Source: Macrostomum lignano (lineage: Eukaryota). Taken from it: a stretch of DNA of 64,000 bases. How positions within the stretch are numbered: position 1 is the first letter of the stretch; the number at the start of each line of letters is the position of its first letter. The stretch lies in the NCBI GenBank assembly GCA_002269645.1, contig NIVC01001978.1:124001-188000 (forward strand), read 5' to 3'. The translations under genes and the position numbers were made by a program. Under the pieces are notes generated by a model. That model saw only the letters and a program-made list of their open reading frames with translations. It had not been told where the DNA came from and did no database searches. Positions 40,857 through 53,236 of this stretch are shown here, piece by piece.

Positions 40857-41624
40857 ATGTGCTAAAGAATTAGCCACAACAGAATTTGAATTTAGTTAAA
40901 GAAATATAATTATCTTTTGGATTTCTGCCTGTCAGAAGCAGACTCGGTGGCGTGTGAAGCCAGTCACCAATTCCAAGATTTCACGCCTCGATCAGAACCG
41001 CTTTGGGCTTATTTTAATCCCAAGCTCCCAAACTGTTGAGATTTCACCCACAACTCCTGTCTTGGCTGGAGAAGAATCCGAATTTTATTATCGAGTTACT
41101 TATTCTCTACAGAAGCAGCCTTTAGCTTAGTCTGTCTTCTGCCTGCCCGTCTCACTTCCTCTGCTCTCCGCTTGTCGCCCCTCGGGAACCGGCTGACTGA
41201 CTGGCTGGCTGAATTGAGTCAGTCGGCTTCCGGAGTAAAGTAAAGTCTAGGTAGAGCCAAGGCAGTTGAGAAGTAGCTAGCAGGGGTAAGAGGGGAGAGC
41301 GGACTGGCTTGGGAGCGCACGCAACTATGCACGATCGAGTTTCCACTGCGAAAGGCCTCAGCACTTGCGTGGCGCAGTCCCTCGAGTCTGCATGAGCACA
41401 CACACGCCGCTTACTTGTTATTAGTAGACTTAAACTAATTCCTAGGCATATAGAATGCGCTAGCCAGTTGTGGCCAGAGCGGCGTCGCGTTTTGATTGCT
41501 CAAAAGAGTCAAACTTCCGGTCAACTATTGTGTACTTTGACAAAGAAATTAAATTGCTCTAATGGCTCCTAGCAAACAATTTTCTGTCTAAATTTAATAG
41601 CAATAGGCTGTTTAAGCTTATAGA

Positions 41625-42568
41625 GGCAGGTATAGAAGAGTACAGACAGGTATAGAAGGGTAGGGACAGGTATAGAAGAGTACAGACAGGTATAGAAGGG
41701 TAGAGACTGGTATAGAAGAGTACAGACAGGTATAGAAGGGTAGGGACAGGTATAGAAGAGTACAGACAGGTATAGAAGGGTAGAGACTGGTATAGAAGAG
41801 TACAGACAGGTATAGAAGGGTAGGGACAGGTATAGAAGAGTACAGACAGGTATAGAAGGGTAGAGACTGGTATAGAAGAGTACAGACAGGTATAGAAGGG
41901 TAGGGACAGGTATAGAAGAGTACAGACAGGTATAGATGAGTACAGACAGGTATAGAAGAGTACAGACAGGTATAGAAGGGTAGAGACTGGTATAGAAGAG
42001 TACAGACAGGTATAGAAGGGTAGGGACAGGTATAGAAGAGTACAGACAGGTATAGAAGGGTAGGGACAGGTATAGAAGAGTACAGACAGGTATAGAAGGG
42101 TAGAGACTGGTATAGAAGAGTACAGACAGGTATAGAAGGGTAGGGACAGGTATAGAAGAGTACAGACAGGTATAGAAGGGTAGAGACTGGTATAGAAGAG
42201 TACAGACAGGTATAGAAGGGTAGGGACAGGTATAGAAGAGTACAGACAGGTATAGATGAGTACAGACAGGTATAGAAGAGTACAGACAGGTATAGAAGGG
42301 TAGAGACTGGTATAGAAGAGTACAGACAGGTATAGAAGGGTAGGGACAGGTATAGAAGAGTACAGACAGGTATAGAAGGGTAGAGACAGGTATAGAAGAG
42401 TACAGACAGGTATAGAAGGGTAGAGACAGGTATAGAATACTACAGACAGGTATAGAAGAGTACAGACAGGTATAGAAGGGTAGGGACAGGTAGGGATGAG
42501 TAGAGACAGGAATAGAAGAGTAGAGACAGGAATAGAAGAGTACAGACAGGTATTGAAAAGTACAGACA
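41625..42568. repeat. 20-bp minisatellite with ~80-bp higher-order pattern
   Basis: Unit GACAGGTATAGAAG(A/G)GTA(CA/GG/GA), about 47 copies, with variants recurring in fixed order. Confidence 0.96.
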
Positions 42569-43459
42569 TAAAATTAATACAATTTTCTTTAAACTCAATT
42601 AGAACTCAAGCCGAACGCTGTATTATTGAGGTGTCCTCAAAAGCTCATCTTGCCCCATGAAGTACTTCGTATATATTTGAGACAGTCAGCCTTCGTTAGG
42701 AAATAAAAAGCAAACCAATATATAAGCTACTTTGACGTAGATGGGGGTGTGGAGGCTTTCTACAATAGACAAAGTTTTATTGCGTCAGGCTAAATCAACA
42801 TGTTCCTATAGTCTATGGCTAGGCCCAAATGGGGAATAAAAGACCCGGACTTCCAACTCCAGGAAGCCGACCAGGGAACGATAGTTTTCTGAAGTAGTCT
42901 ATGGCCGAAGATATAAGATGGGAGCCTTTTCTTCATTAATAACCTTCTCCCGAGAATGTGCTCGGACTATACTTGGAGAATTTCTCAAGAGTCCCAAGCA
43001 ACTGCTGGTTTTATTAATTTATTCATAGGCACTAAATTATAAACGAAGCTATGCTAACATAGCTTCAATAGGTTTTGCTTGACTGCTTTGCATATCGAGT
43101 AGGTCAGAATTGGCTTCAACAACGAATTGATGTATTGGTGACCTACGGTAAAACAGCAAGCTTAAATGGGAATGAACCGACCCAGCGACTCTAGGGAGTC
43201 AGTGAGAGAGCGAGTGGGAAAGAGGAATTTCGGACTCAAATGCTATCTGAGCACAACTTCCGTCAAAATTCCATTAAAAATTTCCAATTTGGCTTCCCCT
43301 TGGCTACAGAAAGTCAGCAGAGGGGGAGTCAGCATAGGTTAGAGCTCAGCTTTTAGAAGCCCCTGATTTAGTATCTTCTTTAGCGAGAAATCGTATAATA
43401 ATCAAAGCTTTGTTTTCAGAACCCAATGTAAGTTCGGCGCCCCTGTCTTTTGGGTAGAT

Positions 43460-44577
43460 GGGCGCCACTGTCTCACTGTCTCTTAGGTTGGCGCCACTGT
43501 CTCACTGTCTCTTAGGTTGGCGCCACTGTCTCACTGTCTCTTAGGTTGGCGCCACTGTCTCACTGTCTCTTAGGTTGGCGCCACTGTCTCACTGTCTCTT
43601 AGGTTGGCGCCACTGTCTCACTGTCTCTTAGGTTGGCGCCACTGTCTCACTGTCTCTTAGGTTGGCGCCACTGTCTCACTGTCTCTTAGGTTGGCGCCAC
43701 TGTCTCACTGTCTCTTAGGTTGGCGCCACTGTCTCACTGTCTCTTAGGTTGGCGCCACTGTCTCACTGTCTCTTAGGTTGGCGCCACTGTCTCACTGTCT
43801 CTTAGGTTGGCGCCACTGTCTCACTGTCTCTTAGGTTGGCGCCACTGTCTCACTGTCTCTTAGGTTGGCGCCACTGTCTCACTGTCTCTTAGGTTGGCGC
43901 CACTGTCTCACTGTCTCTTAGGTTGGCGCCACTGTCTCACTGTCTCTTAGGTTGGCGCCACTGTCTCACTGTCTCTTAGGTTGGCGCCACTGTCTCACTG
44001 TCTCTTAGGTTGGCGCCACTGTCTCACTGTCTCTTAGGTTGGCGCCACTGTCTCACTGTCTCTTAGGTTGGCGCCACTGTCTCACTGTCTCTTAGGTTGG
44101 CACCACTGTCTCACTGTCTCTTAGGTTCGCGCCACTGTCTCTTAGGTTGGCGCCACTGTCTCACTGTCTCTTAGGTTGGCGCCACTGTCTCACTGTCTCT
44201 TAGGTTGGCGCCACTGTCTCTTAGGTTGGCGCCATTGTCTCTCTTCGGTTGGAGCCACTGTCTCTTAGGTTGGCGCCACTGTCTCTTAGGAATTGGCGCC
44301 ACTGTCTCTTAGGAATTGGCGCCACTGTCTCTTAGGAATTGGCGCCACTGTCTCTTAGGAATTGGCGCCACTGTCTCTCTTCGGTTGGAGCCACTGTCTC
44401 TTAGGTGGGCGCCACTGTCTCTTAGGTTGGCGCCACTGTCTCTTAGGTTGGCGCCCCTGTCTCTTAGGTGGGCGCCACTGTCTCTTAGGTTGGCGCCCCT
44501 GTCTCTTAGGTTGGCGCCACTGTCTCTTAGGTTGGCGCCACTGTCTCTTAGGTGGGCGCCACTGTGTCTTATGTGGG
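43460..44577. repeat. 29-bp / 21-bp GGCGCCAC-core minisatellite
   Basis: TTGGCGCCACTGTCTC(ACTGTCTC)TTAGG: a homogeneous 29-bp block followed by more diverged 21-bp units. Confidence 0.96.
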
Positions 44578-45109
44578 CGCCCTTACTCCCCGTCTCCTAA
44601 GACCAGAGAATGTCACATCCAAGAGTTTGGCAAAAGTGGAGCTCCTGTCCTTCAGTGAGCATGGTTGCTTTTTTCATTTAGTTTTTGTAGGGATATTTGG
44701 GGTGCGCCGCCCCCTTGCCCTAATCCCAAGAATCCTCGATTCCCGGGAAAAGAAATCTGGATCCCACCCGTTCGCTGCCAGGATTTGGGTGGGGATTTTT
44801 GTAAAGCCCTTTTTTGTCAAGTAGGATTTCTATAATAATCGGTAGAGACGATCGGGACTTATTTGATTGCGAGGTGAGAATTAGCTACGCTTCTATGAAT
44901 TCCGTCACTGTACATTGAAATCCCGTTCTGAGCTGGGCTTGCATTGAGTTGAGATTTCTAGGAGTAGAAATCCTTCGCTGTATGCCTTAACAAATGTGGG
45001 AATAATGAGTCGACCGGATTTTTAAGTTGAAGAGGAGCGGCTAAGGGCGTCAATGGGATTTCAGCGAGCGTCAGTATTGAGTTCGTTGTATAGCTTCTCA
45101 AGGCATCCA

Positions 45110-45360
45110 GTGCTGCACCTCAAGGACACCCAATTTTGCACCTCAAGGACATTCAATTTTGCACCTCAGAGACGCCCAATGTTGCACCTCAGAGACACCC
45201 AATGTTGCACCTCAGAGACACCCAATATTGCACCTCAGAGACACCCAATGTTGCACCTCAGAGACACCCAATGTTGCACCTCAGAGACACCCAATGTTGC
45301 ACCTCAGAGACACCCAATGTTGCACCTCAGAGACGTCCAATGGACACCCAGTGTTGCACT
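45110..45360. repeat. 23-bp minisatellite
   Basis: Unit TGTTGCACCTCAGAGACACCCAA. Confidence 0.92.
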
Positions 45361-45560
45361 TTAGTGACTGACACCTTCACTCCTCAAGGTCACTAGAAAG
45401 TCTCTCAGACACCGGATCTAGTATCTCAAGGACGCCTAATTTGACACGCCCAGTTAGTTCACCATTTTCCATGCTATGCCCTATAGTCTCGTTGGAGGAG
45501 AACGCTGTGGAATATAAAATAGCTCGTATATGGATATGAAATCTTGCTGATTAAACGCAG

Positions 45561-48500
45561 GCCAAGCCTATTCGCTAACCGAAGACCGCCAGTTACACAT
45601 CAACGCATCGGTTGAGTACATGCTCAAGCAGCGACTGCTCAGGGGATACGACACCACTAGCCGGCCGGTTCGCAGGGATTTGAGTCCGGTGGACACCAGT
45701 GTTGGAATGTCGCTGTTTCACATCTTGGACACTGTAAGTTGATCGAAAATGTACATTTTTATATTGTCTGTCGTGAAGTGATAACTGTTACTGGGTGACA
45801 GATTTTAAATAATAATGTGTCTAACGGGTGTGACATCGCGTATAACAGGTGTGAGGTTGTGTCTAACAGGTGTGAGGTTGTGTCTAACATGTGTGAGGTT
45901 GTGCCTAACATGTGTGAGGTTGTGTCTAACAGGTGTGAGGTTGTGTCTAACAAGTGTGAGGTTGTGTCTAACATGTGTGAGGTTGTGCCTAACATGTGTG
46001 AGGTTGTGCCTAACATGTGTGAGGTTGTGCCTAACATGTGTGAGGTTGTGTCTAACAGATGTGAGGTTGTGTCTAACAGGTGTGAGGTTGTGTCTAACAG
46101 GTGTGAGGTTGTGTCTAACAGGTGTGAGGTTGTGTCTGAAATGTGTGACATTGTGTATAACATGAGTGACATTATCAGACAGAATTATGCGGGATTGATT
46201 CTGTCCTGTCAATCTAAAACGAACGACTGTTCTGTAGAGAAAAAAATCCGCGCAGAAAAAGTTTTCAAATCGGTGCTTTGCCAAACAGGCAGCAACAAAC
46301 TGGTGGGACGAAAAAGAACTACTGGAAAAAGCATAGCGCAGCCAAGAGGCCTCCAAAACAGCTATAAAATAAGCATTAAAATGAAGAGAAATTGCCGGAA
46401 AAAAGCTATCTGCTCTGCCATTAATCCGCCATGCATTTTTACAGTTCATACACTTAAACAAAATTGTTCCACATTTTCCCGTTGCAGAGTGAGCGCCATC
46501 AGACCATCTCTGCGCAGGTGTCCGTTCGAGTGGTAAGGCGCTGGTAGAGTTCCAGAATCAACAGCTGAATCAACAATCAAAATTAAATTCACTTTTTGTG
46601 GCGTTCTTAAATTCTCGTTCTTCTGTTGTCGTTCTTCTTTTCCAGCACTGGTGGGACGAATATTTGACTTGGAGCGTGGAGGACTTTCCCATACAGAGAT
46701 TCTGGATCCCTGCTAAGAGCATCTGGCGACCGGATCTCATCATCACCAATTAGTGAGGAAACATCGCGCTTCGCCTGACCTTTGTTGGAACAGAATGAAA
46801 GGCAATCTAGAAATACAACCAGAATAGAAGATTCGAACTGATACATTCGGGATTCACACGAACTTGAATCCCACAGCTGACACTCCCTGACTCAACAGGA
46901 TGTAAAGACACCGAATCCCACAGCTGACACTCCCTGACTCAACATGATGTAAAGACACCGAATCCCACAGCTGACACTCCCTGACTCAACAGGATGTAAA
47001 GACACCGAATCCCACAGCTGACACTCCCTGACTCAACAGGATGTAAAGACACCGAATCCCACAGCTGACACTCCCTGACTCAACAGGATGTAAAGACACC
47101 GAATCCCACAGCTGACACTCCCTGACTCAACAGGATGTAAAGACACCGAATCCCACAGCTGACACTCCCTGACTCAACAGGATGTAAAGACACCGAATCC
47201 CACAGCTGACACTCCCTGACTCAACAGGATGTAAAGACACCGAATCCCACAGCTGACACTCCCTGACTCAACATGATGTAAAGACACCGAATCCCACAGC
47301 TGACACTCCCTGACTCAACAGGATGTAAAGACACCGAATCCCACAGCTGACACTCCCTGACTCAACAGGATGTAAAGACACCGAATCCCACAGCTGACAC
47401 TCCCTGACTCAACAGGATGTAAAGACACCGAATCCCACAGCTGACACTCCCTGACTCAACAGGATGTAAAGACACCGAGTCCCACAGCTGACACTCCCTG
47501 ACTCAACAGGATGTAAAGACACCGAATCCCACAGCTGACACTCCCTGACTCAACAGGATGTAAAGACACCGAATCCCACAGCTGACACTCCCTGACTCAA
47601 CAGGATGTAAAGACACCGAATCCCACAGCTGACACTCCCTGACTCAACAGGATGTAGAGACACCGAATCCCACAGCTGACACTCCCTGACTCAACAGGAT
47701 GTAAAGACACCGAATCCCACAGCTGACACTCCCTGACTCAACAGGATGTAGAGACACCGAATCCCACAGCTGACACTCCCTGACTCAACATGATGTAAAG
47801 ACACCGAATCCCACAGCTGACACTCCCTGACTCAACATGATGTAAAGACACCGAATCCCAAAGCAGACACTCCATGACTCAACAGGATGTAAAGACACCG
47901 AATCTCACAGCAGACACTCCCTGACTCAACAGGATATAAAGACACCGAATCCCACAGCTGACACTCCCTGACTCAACAGGATGTAAAGACACCGAGTCCC
48001 ACAGCTGACACTCCCTGACTCAACAGGATGTAAAGACACCGAATCCCACAGCTGACACTCCCTGACTCAACAGGATGTAGAGACACCGAATCCCACAGCT
48101 GACACTCCCTGACTCAACAGGATGTAAAGACACCGAATCCCACAGCTGACACTCCCTGACTCAACAGGATGTAAAGACACCGAATCCCACAGCTGACACT
48201 CCCTGACTCAACAGGATGTAAAGACACCGAATCCCACAGCTGACACTCCCTGACTCAACAGGATGTAAAGACGCCGAATCCCAAAGCAGACACTCCATGA
48301 CTCAACAGGATGTAAAGACGCCGAATCCCACAGCTGACACTCCATGACTCAACAGGATGTAAAGACACCGAATCCCACAGCTGACACTCCCTGACTCAAC
48401 AGGATGTAAAGACACCGAATCCCACAGCTGACACTCCCTGACTCAACAGGATGTAAAGACACCGAATCCCACAGCTGACACTCCCTGACTCAACATGATG

Positions 48501-51034
48501 TAAAGACACCGAATCCCACAGCTGACACTCCCTGACTCAACAGGATGTAAAGACACCGAATCCCACAGCTGACACTCCCTGACTCAACAGGATGTAAAGA
48601 CACCGAATCCCACAGCTGACACTCCCTGACTCAACAGGATGTAAAGACACCGAATCCCACAGCTGACACTCCCTGACTCAACAGGATGTAAAGACACCGA
48701 GTCCCACAGCTGACACTCCCTGACTCAACAGGATGTAAAGACACCGAATCCCACAGCTGACACTCCCTGACTCAACAGGATGTAAAGACACCGAATCCCA
48801 CAGCTGACACTCCCTGACTCAACAGGATGTAAAGACACCGAATCCCACAGCTGACACTCCCTGACTCAACAGGATGTAGAGACACCGAATCCCACAGCTG
48901 ACACTCCCTGACTCAACAGGATGTAAAGACACCGAATCCCACAGCTGACACTCCCTGACTCAACAGGATGTAGAGACACCGAATCCCACAGCTGACACTC
49001 CCTGACTCAACATGATGTAAAGACACCGAATCCCACAGCTGACACTCCCTGACTCAACAGGATGTAGAGACACCGAATCCCACAGCTGACACTCCCTGAC
49101 TCAACAGGATGTAGAGACACCGAATCCCACAGCTGACACTCCCTGACTCAACAGGATGTAAAGACACCGAATCCCACAGCTGACACTCCCTGACTCAACA
49201 GGATGTAAAGACACCGAATCCCACAGCTGACACTCCCTGACTCAACAGGATGTAAAGACACCGAATCCCACAGCTGACACTCCCTGACTCAACAGGATGT
49301 AAAGACGCCGAATCCCAAAGCAGACACTCCATGACTCAACAGGATGTAAAGACGCCGAATCCCAAAGCAGACACTCCATGACTCAACAGGATGTAAAGAC
49401 GCCGAATCCCACAGCTGACACTCCCTGACTCAACAGGATGTAAAGACGCCGAATCCCACAGCTGACAATTTTGTTGCGTCCTACTACTTCAATTGACCTG
49501 TTGACCATACTTGAATCAAACCTTCAAATCAACCCGATTCGCTTCGAATTCTCAGCGCCAACGACGAATACTCCGACTACATGAACACTAACGCTATAGT
49601 GGAGAAGAACGGCAAAATAATGTGGACTTTTCCCATGGTTGTAAAAATGTACTGCACCCTGGACGTGCGCTATTTCCCATTCGACTCGCAGGACTGTAAC
49701 GTGACGTTCGTGTCGTGGACATACGACGGATTCCAGGTGGCGCTTAACCACACCGGCCGAGACGACCAGAAAGTGTACTACAATGCCAGAAACCAAGAAT
49801 GGAAAGTGACAGGAATTTCGCCGCGCCAAGAGCTGATCAAGTATCCCTGCTGCAAGTCGCCGTTCCCAGTTATTCACTTCACGATACACATGTACAGGCG
49901 GTGTCTTTTCTACGTTATCAACCTTATTTGTCCCTGTCTGCTGATCTACTTTGTCTCATTTCTGGGCTTCTACCTGCCAATAGAATCTGGCGAGAAGGTT
50001 AACCTTGAAATAACTGTACTGTTGGCTCTGGTGGTCTTCCTGCTAATGGTGAGCGAGACTATGCCGCCGACACCTGATGCCATTCCTATTCTTGGTTAGT
50101 AATGCTCCTCGGTTTCATTGGTTTCAAGATTAGAATCAAGGACTTCTAGACTAACAGGACGTAAAACTCAAAGATATTGAATCCAATTACGAAAAGCATT
50201 CCTACGAGCTAACAGGCTACTTAAGAATGATAGGATAGCAAGGATAGTTATGTTTACTACCTGAATACTACCTTAAAAATGAAACTAATCTCTTCCAAAC
50301 CTCGATAAACTGGCCGAACTTTCAGGCCTGCTATTCACTGTCACAATGACAATGGTAGCCCTTGCAGTTGTCATGTCGGTGATTGTAACGCGAGTGTTCT
50401 TTGCCGACCAGCATCACCAGCATCAGCAGGAGGAGCATCAGCAGGGTCTGCACCAACGAAGGCATCGACTGCCGAGTTACATTGTGTGGCTCGCCAAACT
50501 GCATCGTCGCTGGACTGGCTCCTCGCTAGGGAAGTCAAAGAATGCGACAACAGCGACGGGCGCGGCTGCTTCGGAGTCGCGCTGCTCGTTGGGCCAGCAG
50601 CATGAGCAGGCCACTAGACGCCGCTGGGCCGAAGCGACCGACAGTTCGAATTCGCCGTTGAAATCGCCAGTGCAGCAGCCTCCGACATTGCCATCAACGT
50701 ACTTTAAGGTAGTTCAGAGAAGCTCCTTATGATAGTTAATTAGGGAGCCATTCTCAGTTCTACCGCTATTCTCACTTATTAATATGTACTCAAGGTCGCT
50801 CTACAGCCAATCCCAGCATCATCTAATGGCACAAGCGATGGAACTCGGCTACAGCAAAAGCAGAAGCAACAGGAGCAGCAGCAGCAAGAGTTGCAGGAAT
50901 TATCCGACGTGTGGAAGCACGCGGCGTTCGCTCTGGATAGGATATTTTTCTGGGTGTTCACAGCGCTCACAGTGGCCATGTTCTTCACCATCTGCTGTGT
51001 GGCATCGCCCGCTTTCAATGAGGATCACTCTTGA
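45561..51034 (+). CDS. Nicotinic acetylcholine receptor alpha-type subunit (Cys-loop ligand-gated cation channel); signal-peptide exon not located
   Basis: Exons 45561-45733, 46488-46532, 46646-46752, 49556-50094, 50326-50708, 50807 (or 50795)-51034, GT-AG and phase-compatible. Has Cys-loop CTLDVRYFPFDSQDC, loop B WTYDG, vicinal YPCC, IWRPDL, M1-M3 (PCLLI..LGFYLP.ESGEKV...VLLAL.VF.LMVSE.MP) and M4 preceded by W...A..LDRIFFW. Confidence 0.95.
45820..46140. repeat. 21-bp intronic minisatellite
   Basis: Unit GTGTCTAACAGGTGTGAGGTT, about 15 copies. Confidence 0.94.
46865..49467. repeat. 47-bp intronic minisatellite (2.6 kb, highly homogeneous)
   Basis: Unit CCGAATCCCACAGCTGACACTCCCTGACTCAACAGGATGTAAAGACA, about 55 copies. 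Confidence 0.97.
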
Positions 51035-51134
51035 ATGACAAATGGAACCTGGGCGCCTGTTTCATTGTACTACTAACGTATGCAGTAGTTATTTTACCCT
51101 AGAACTTAGTTAGCATTCAGCCTATGTGAATGGC

Positions 51135-51460
51135 AGATCATTCTGTGAATAGACTGTATGAATAGCATATTATTCTGTGAATATTCTGTGTGAATAGCCA
51201 ATCAATATGTGAATAGTCTGTATGAATAGCCAATCATTCTGTGAATAGTCTGTGTAAATAGCCAATCATTCTGTGAATAGTCTGTGTGAATAGCCAATCA
51301 TTTTGTGAATAGTCTGTGTAAATAGCCAATCATTCTGTGAATAGTCTGTGTGAATAGCCAATCATTCTGTGAATAGTCTGTGTGATTAGCGAATCATTAT
51401 GTGAATAGTCTGTGTGAATATCTGATGAATCTGTGAATAGTCTGTGTGAATGGCTGTTCA
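51135..51460. repeat. ~32-bp repeat downstream of the nAChR stop
   Basis: Unit GTGAATAGTCTGTGTGAATAGCCAATCATTCT. Confidence 0.85.
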
Positions 51461-52369
51461 ATCTGTAAAAAGCCTGTCTGAATATAAATATGATAAAATA
51501 TGAAATATGAGTAAAATATTCGTTATAAACGACCGATCACCGAGTTAGCGAATATTTTCGGTGATTGCACTTAAAATTCAGAATACAAACAGACAAGTTA
51601 ATTTACCGTCTATATAATTACAATTCACTTATTACACAATTAAAACAAGTGCAGATTTACAACAGTAGATAAGGAATATTGCTGAGTAAATCTTATAGCA
51701 AATTTTATTTATTTATAGGTAACTATACTGTTTTATTATTAAATAAAAAACAATAGAACAAAAGGTGAATAATAATTAATTTAGAACTCATTAAGTTAAA
51801 TAAGCATATTATAGATTCAGTAAAACAAAACTGTTATAAATCAGTAATACCGGTAATAATATTAGCAGATACTACTGATATCTGAGAGGTAAAAGCACTC
51901 GAAAAATATGTCGTCTATTGCCTCAAAACTTGTATGAAAAGTCAACTCCTAATGCAATAAAACTTTAGTAATATCATACGCTAATCACACTACTATAAAA
52001 AACTGGATGTAAATAGTTTTCGGAAAAATGTTGCGTTTAATAAAAAATACCAGCACGATAAATTCAAATAGAAAAAGCCGGAACGCCATTTAAAACGAGA
52101 GAAAAATAGTTCAATGCTAGCGGACAAAGCGACAAAGAAGGTCAATGCACACGGATATGGTAACCATAACTACGATTACTAGGCACACTTACACAAACAG
52201 CTAAATAGTAGTTTAGCAATATTATATAATCTATTCACCACATAGAAAATTATCAAAGGATTAGGAGTAAGGATTAATAAAACAGGTACTGAAACATATT
52301 TGTATAATAATCAGAACAAAATAATGAAAATCATTTTTATATCAAACAATCGATTAATCTATTAAGTCA

Positions 52370-52570
52370 TCAAATCAAATCGATCGATCAATAGCTCAAT
52401 AAATCAATTAATTATTCAATCAAATCGATCAGTTAATAAAAAAATCGATAAATCAATAAATCGATAAATCAACCAATCGAGAAATCAATAAATCGATAAA
52501 TCAATAAATCGATGAAGCAATAAATCGATAAATAAATAAATCGATAACTCTATAAATCGATAAATCAATC
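52370..52570. repeat. AATCGATAAATCAATA degenerate repeat
   Basis: Direct observation; lies in the presumed SPR 3'UTR. Confidence 0.8.
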
Positions 52571-52670
52571 AAATTATCAGTTTCGTTAACAAACCAATCA
52601 ACAACATCAACTAGATTACTTTACCCATCAGTTAGGCCAACAAGGCAGCCGATCTCCACGATCTCCGCTC

Positions 52671-52981
52671 TCAGTCGGCCTGCTCAGAGGTAGCCGGCGT
52701 TGGCGGCGTCGGCGGCTGCAGCAGCTCGTCCATCACGTCGTAGACGTCCACCTGCTGATGCTCGCCGCCAGCAGTCGTGCCGAAGCCGCCACGGCGCAGC
52801 ATCCGGACGAGAATCAGCGCCGATTGCGCCGGTGGCAGCAGCCGTTCGCGCAGGTCCTGCCACATCGCCCGGGACTCCGGGTCTGCGGACTCTCTGAGCT
52901 GCGCCTGCATGTCCGTGTCCAGGGGGCCCGGCCCGTAGCTTAGCAGGCTCAGGTCCGGCCTGCGGCGGGTGAACGGCGGTA

Positions 52982-53056
<75 letters not shown>

Positions 53057-53094
53057 GCCTGTCTGTCTTAGTGTTTATCTGTCTGTCTGTCCTG

Positions 53095-53173
<79 letters not shown>

Positions 53174-53176
53174 CTG

Positions 53177-53236
<60 letters not shown>

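Noticed and set aside
41152-41403. Minus-strand ORFs ending at a GTGAG donor
   Set aside because: No recognisable product or downstream exon; it may be a non-coding exon but cannot be supported.
40147-45110. Candidate signal-peptide exons for the nAChR (40340-40460, 43072-43147, ~44870)
   Set aside because: None combines an ATG, a hydrophobic core and a phase-1 GT donor; the first exon remains unlocated.
46865-49467. CRISPR-like regular repeats (also 7341-9305 and 13365-16030)
   Set aside because: The units are contiguous with no unique spacers, there are no cas genes, and the context is eukaryotic intron.
51034-52671. Functional link between the convergent nAChR and SPR genes (neurotransmission theme)
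   Set aside because: Adjacency alone is not evidence; no shared regulatory feature or overlap is visible.
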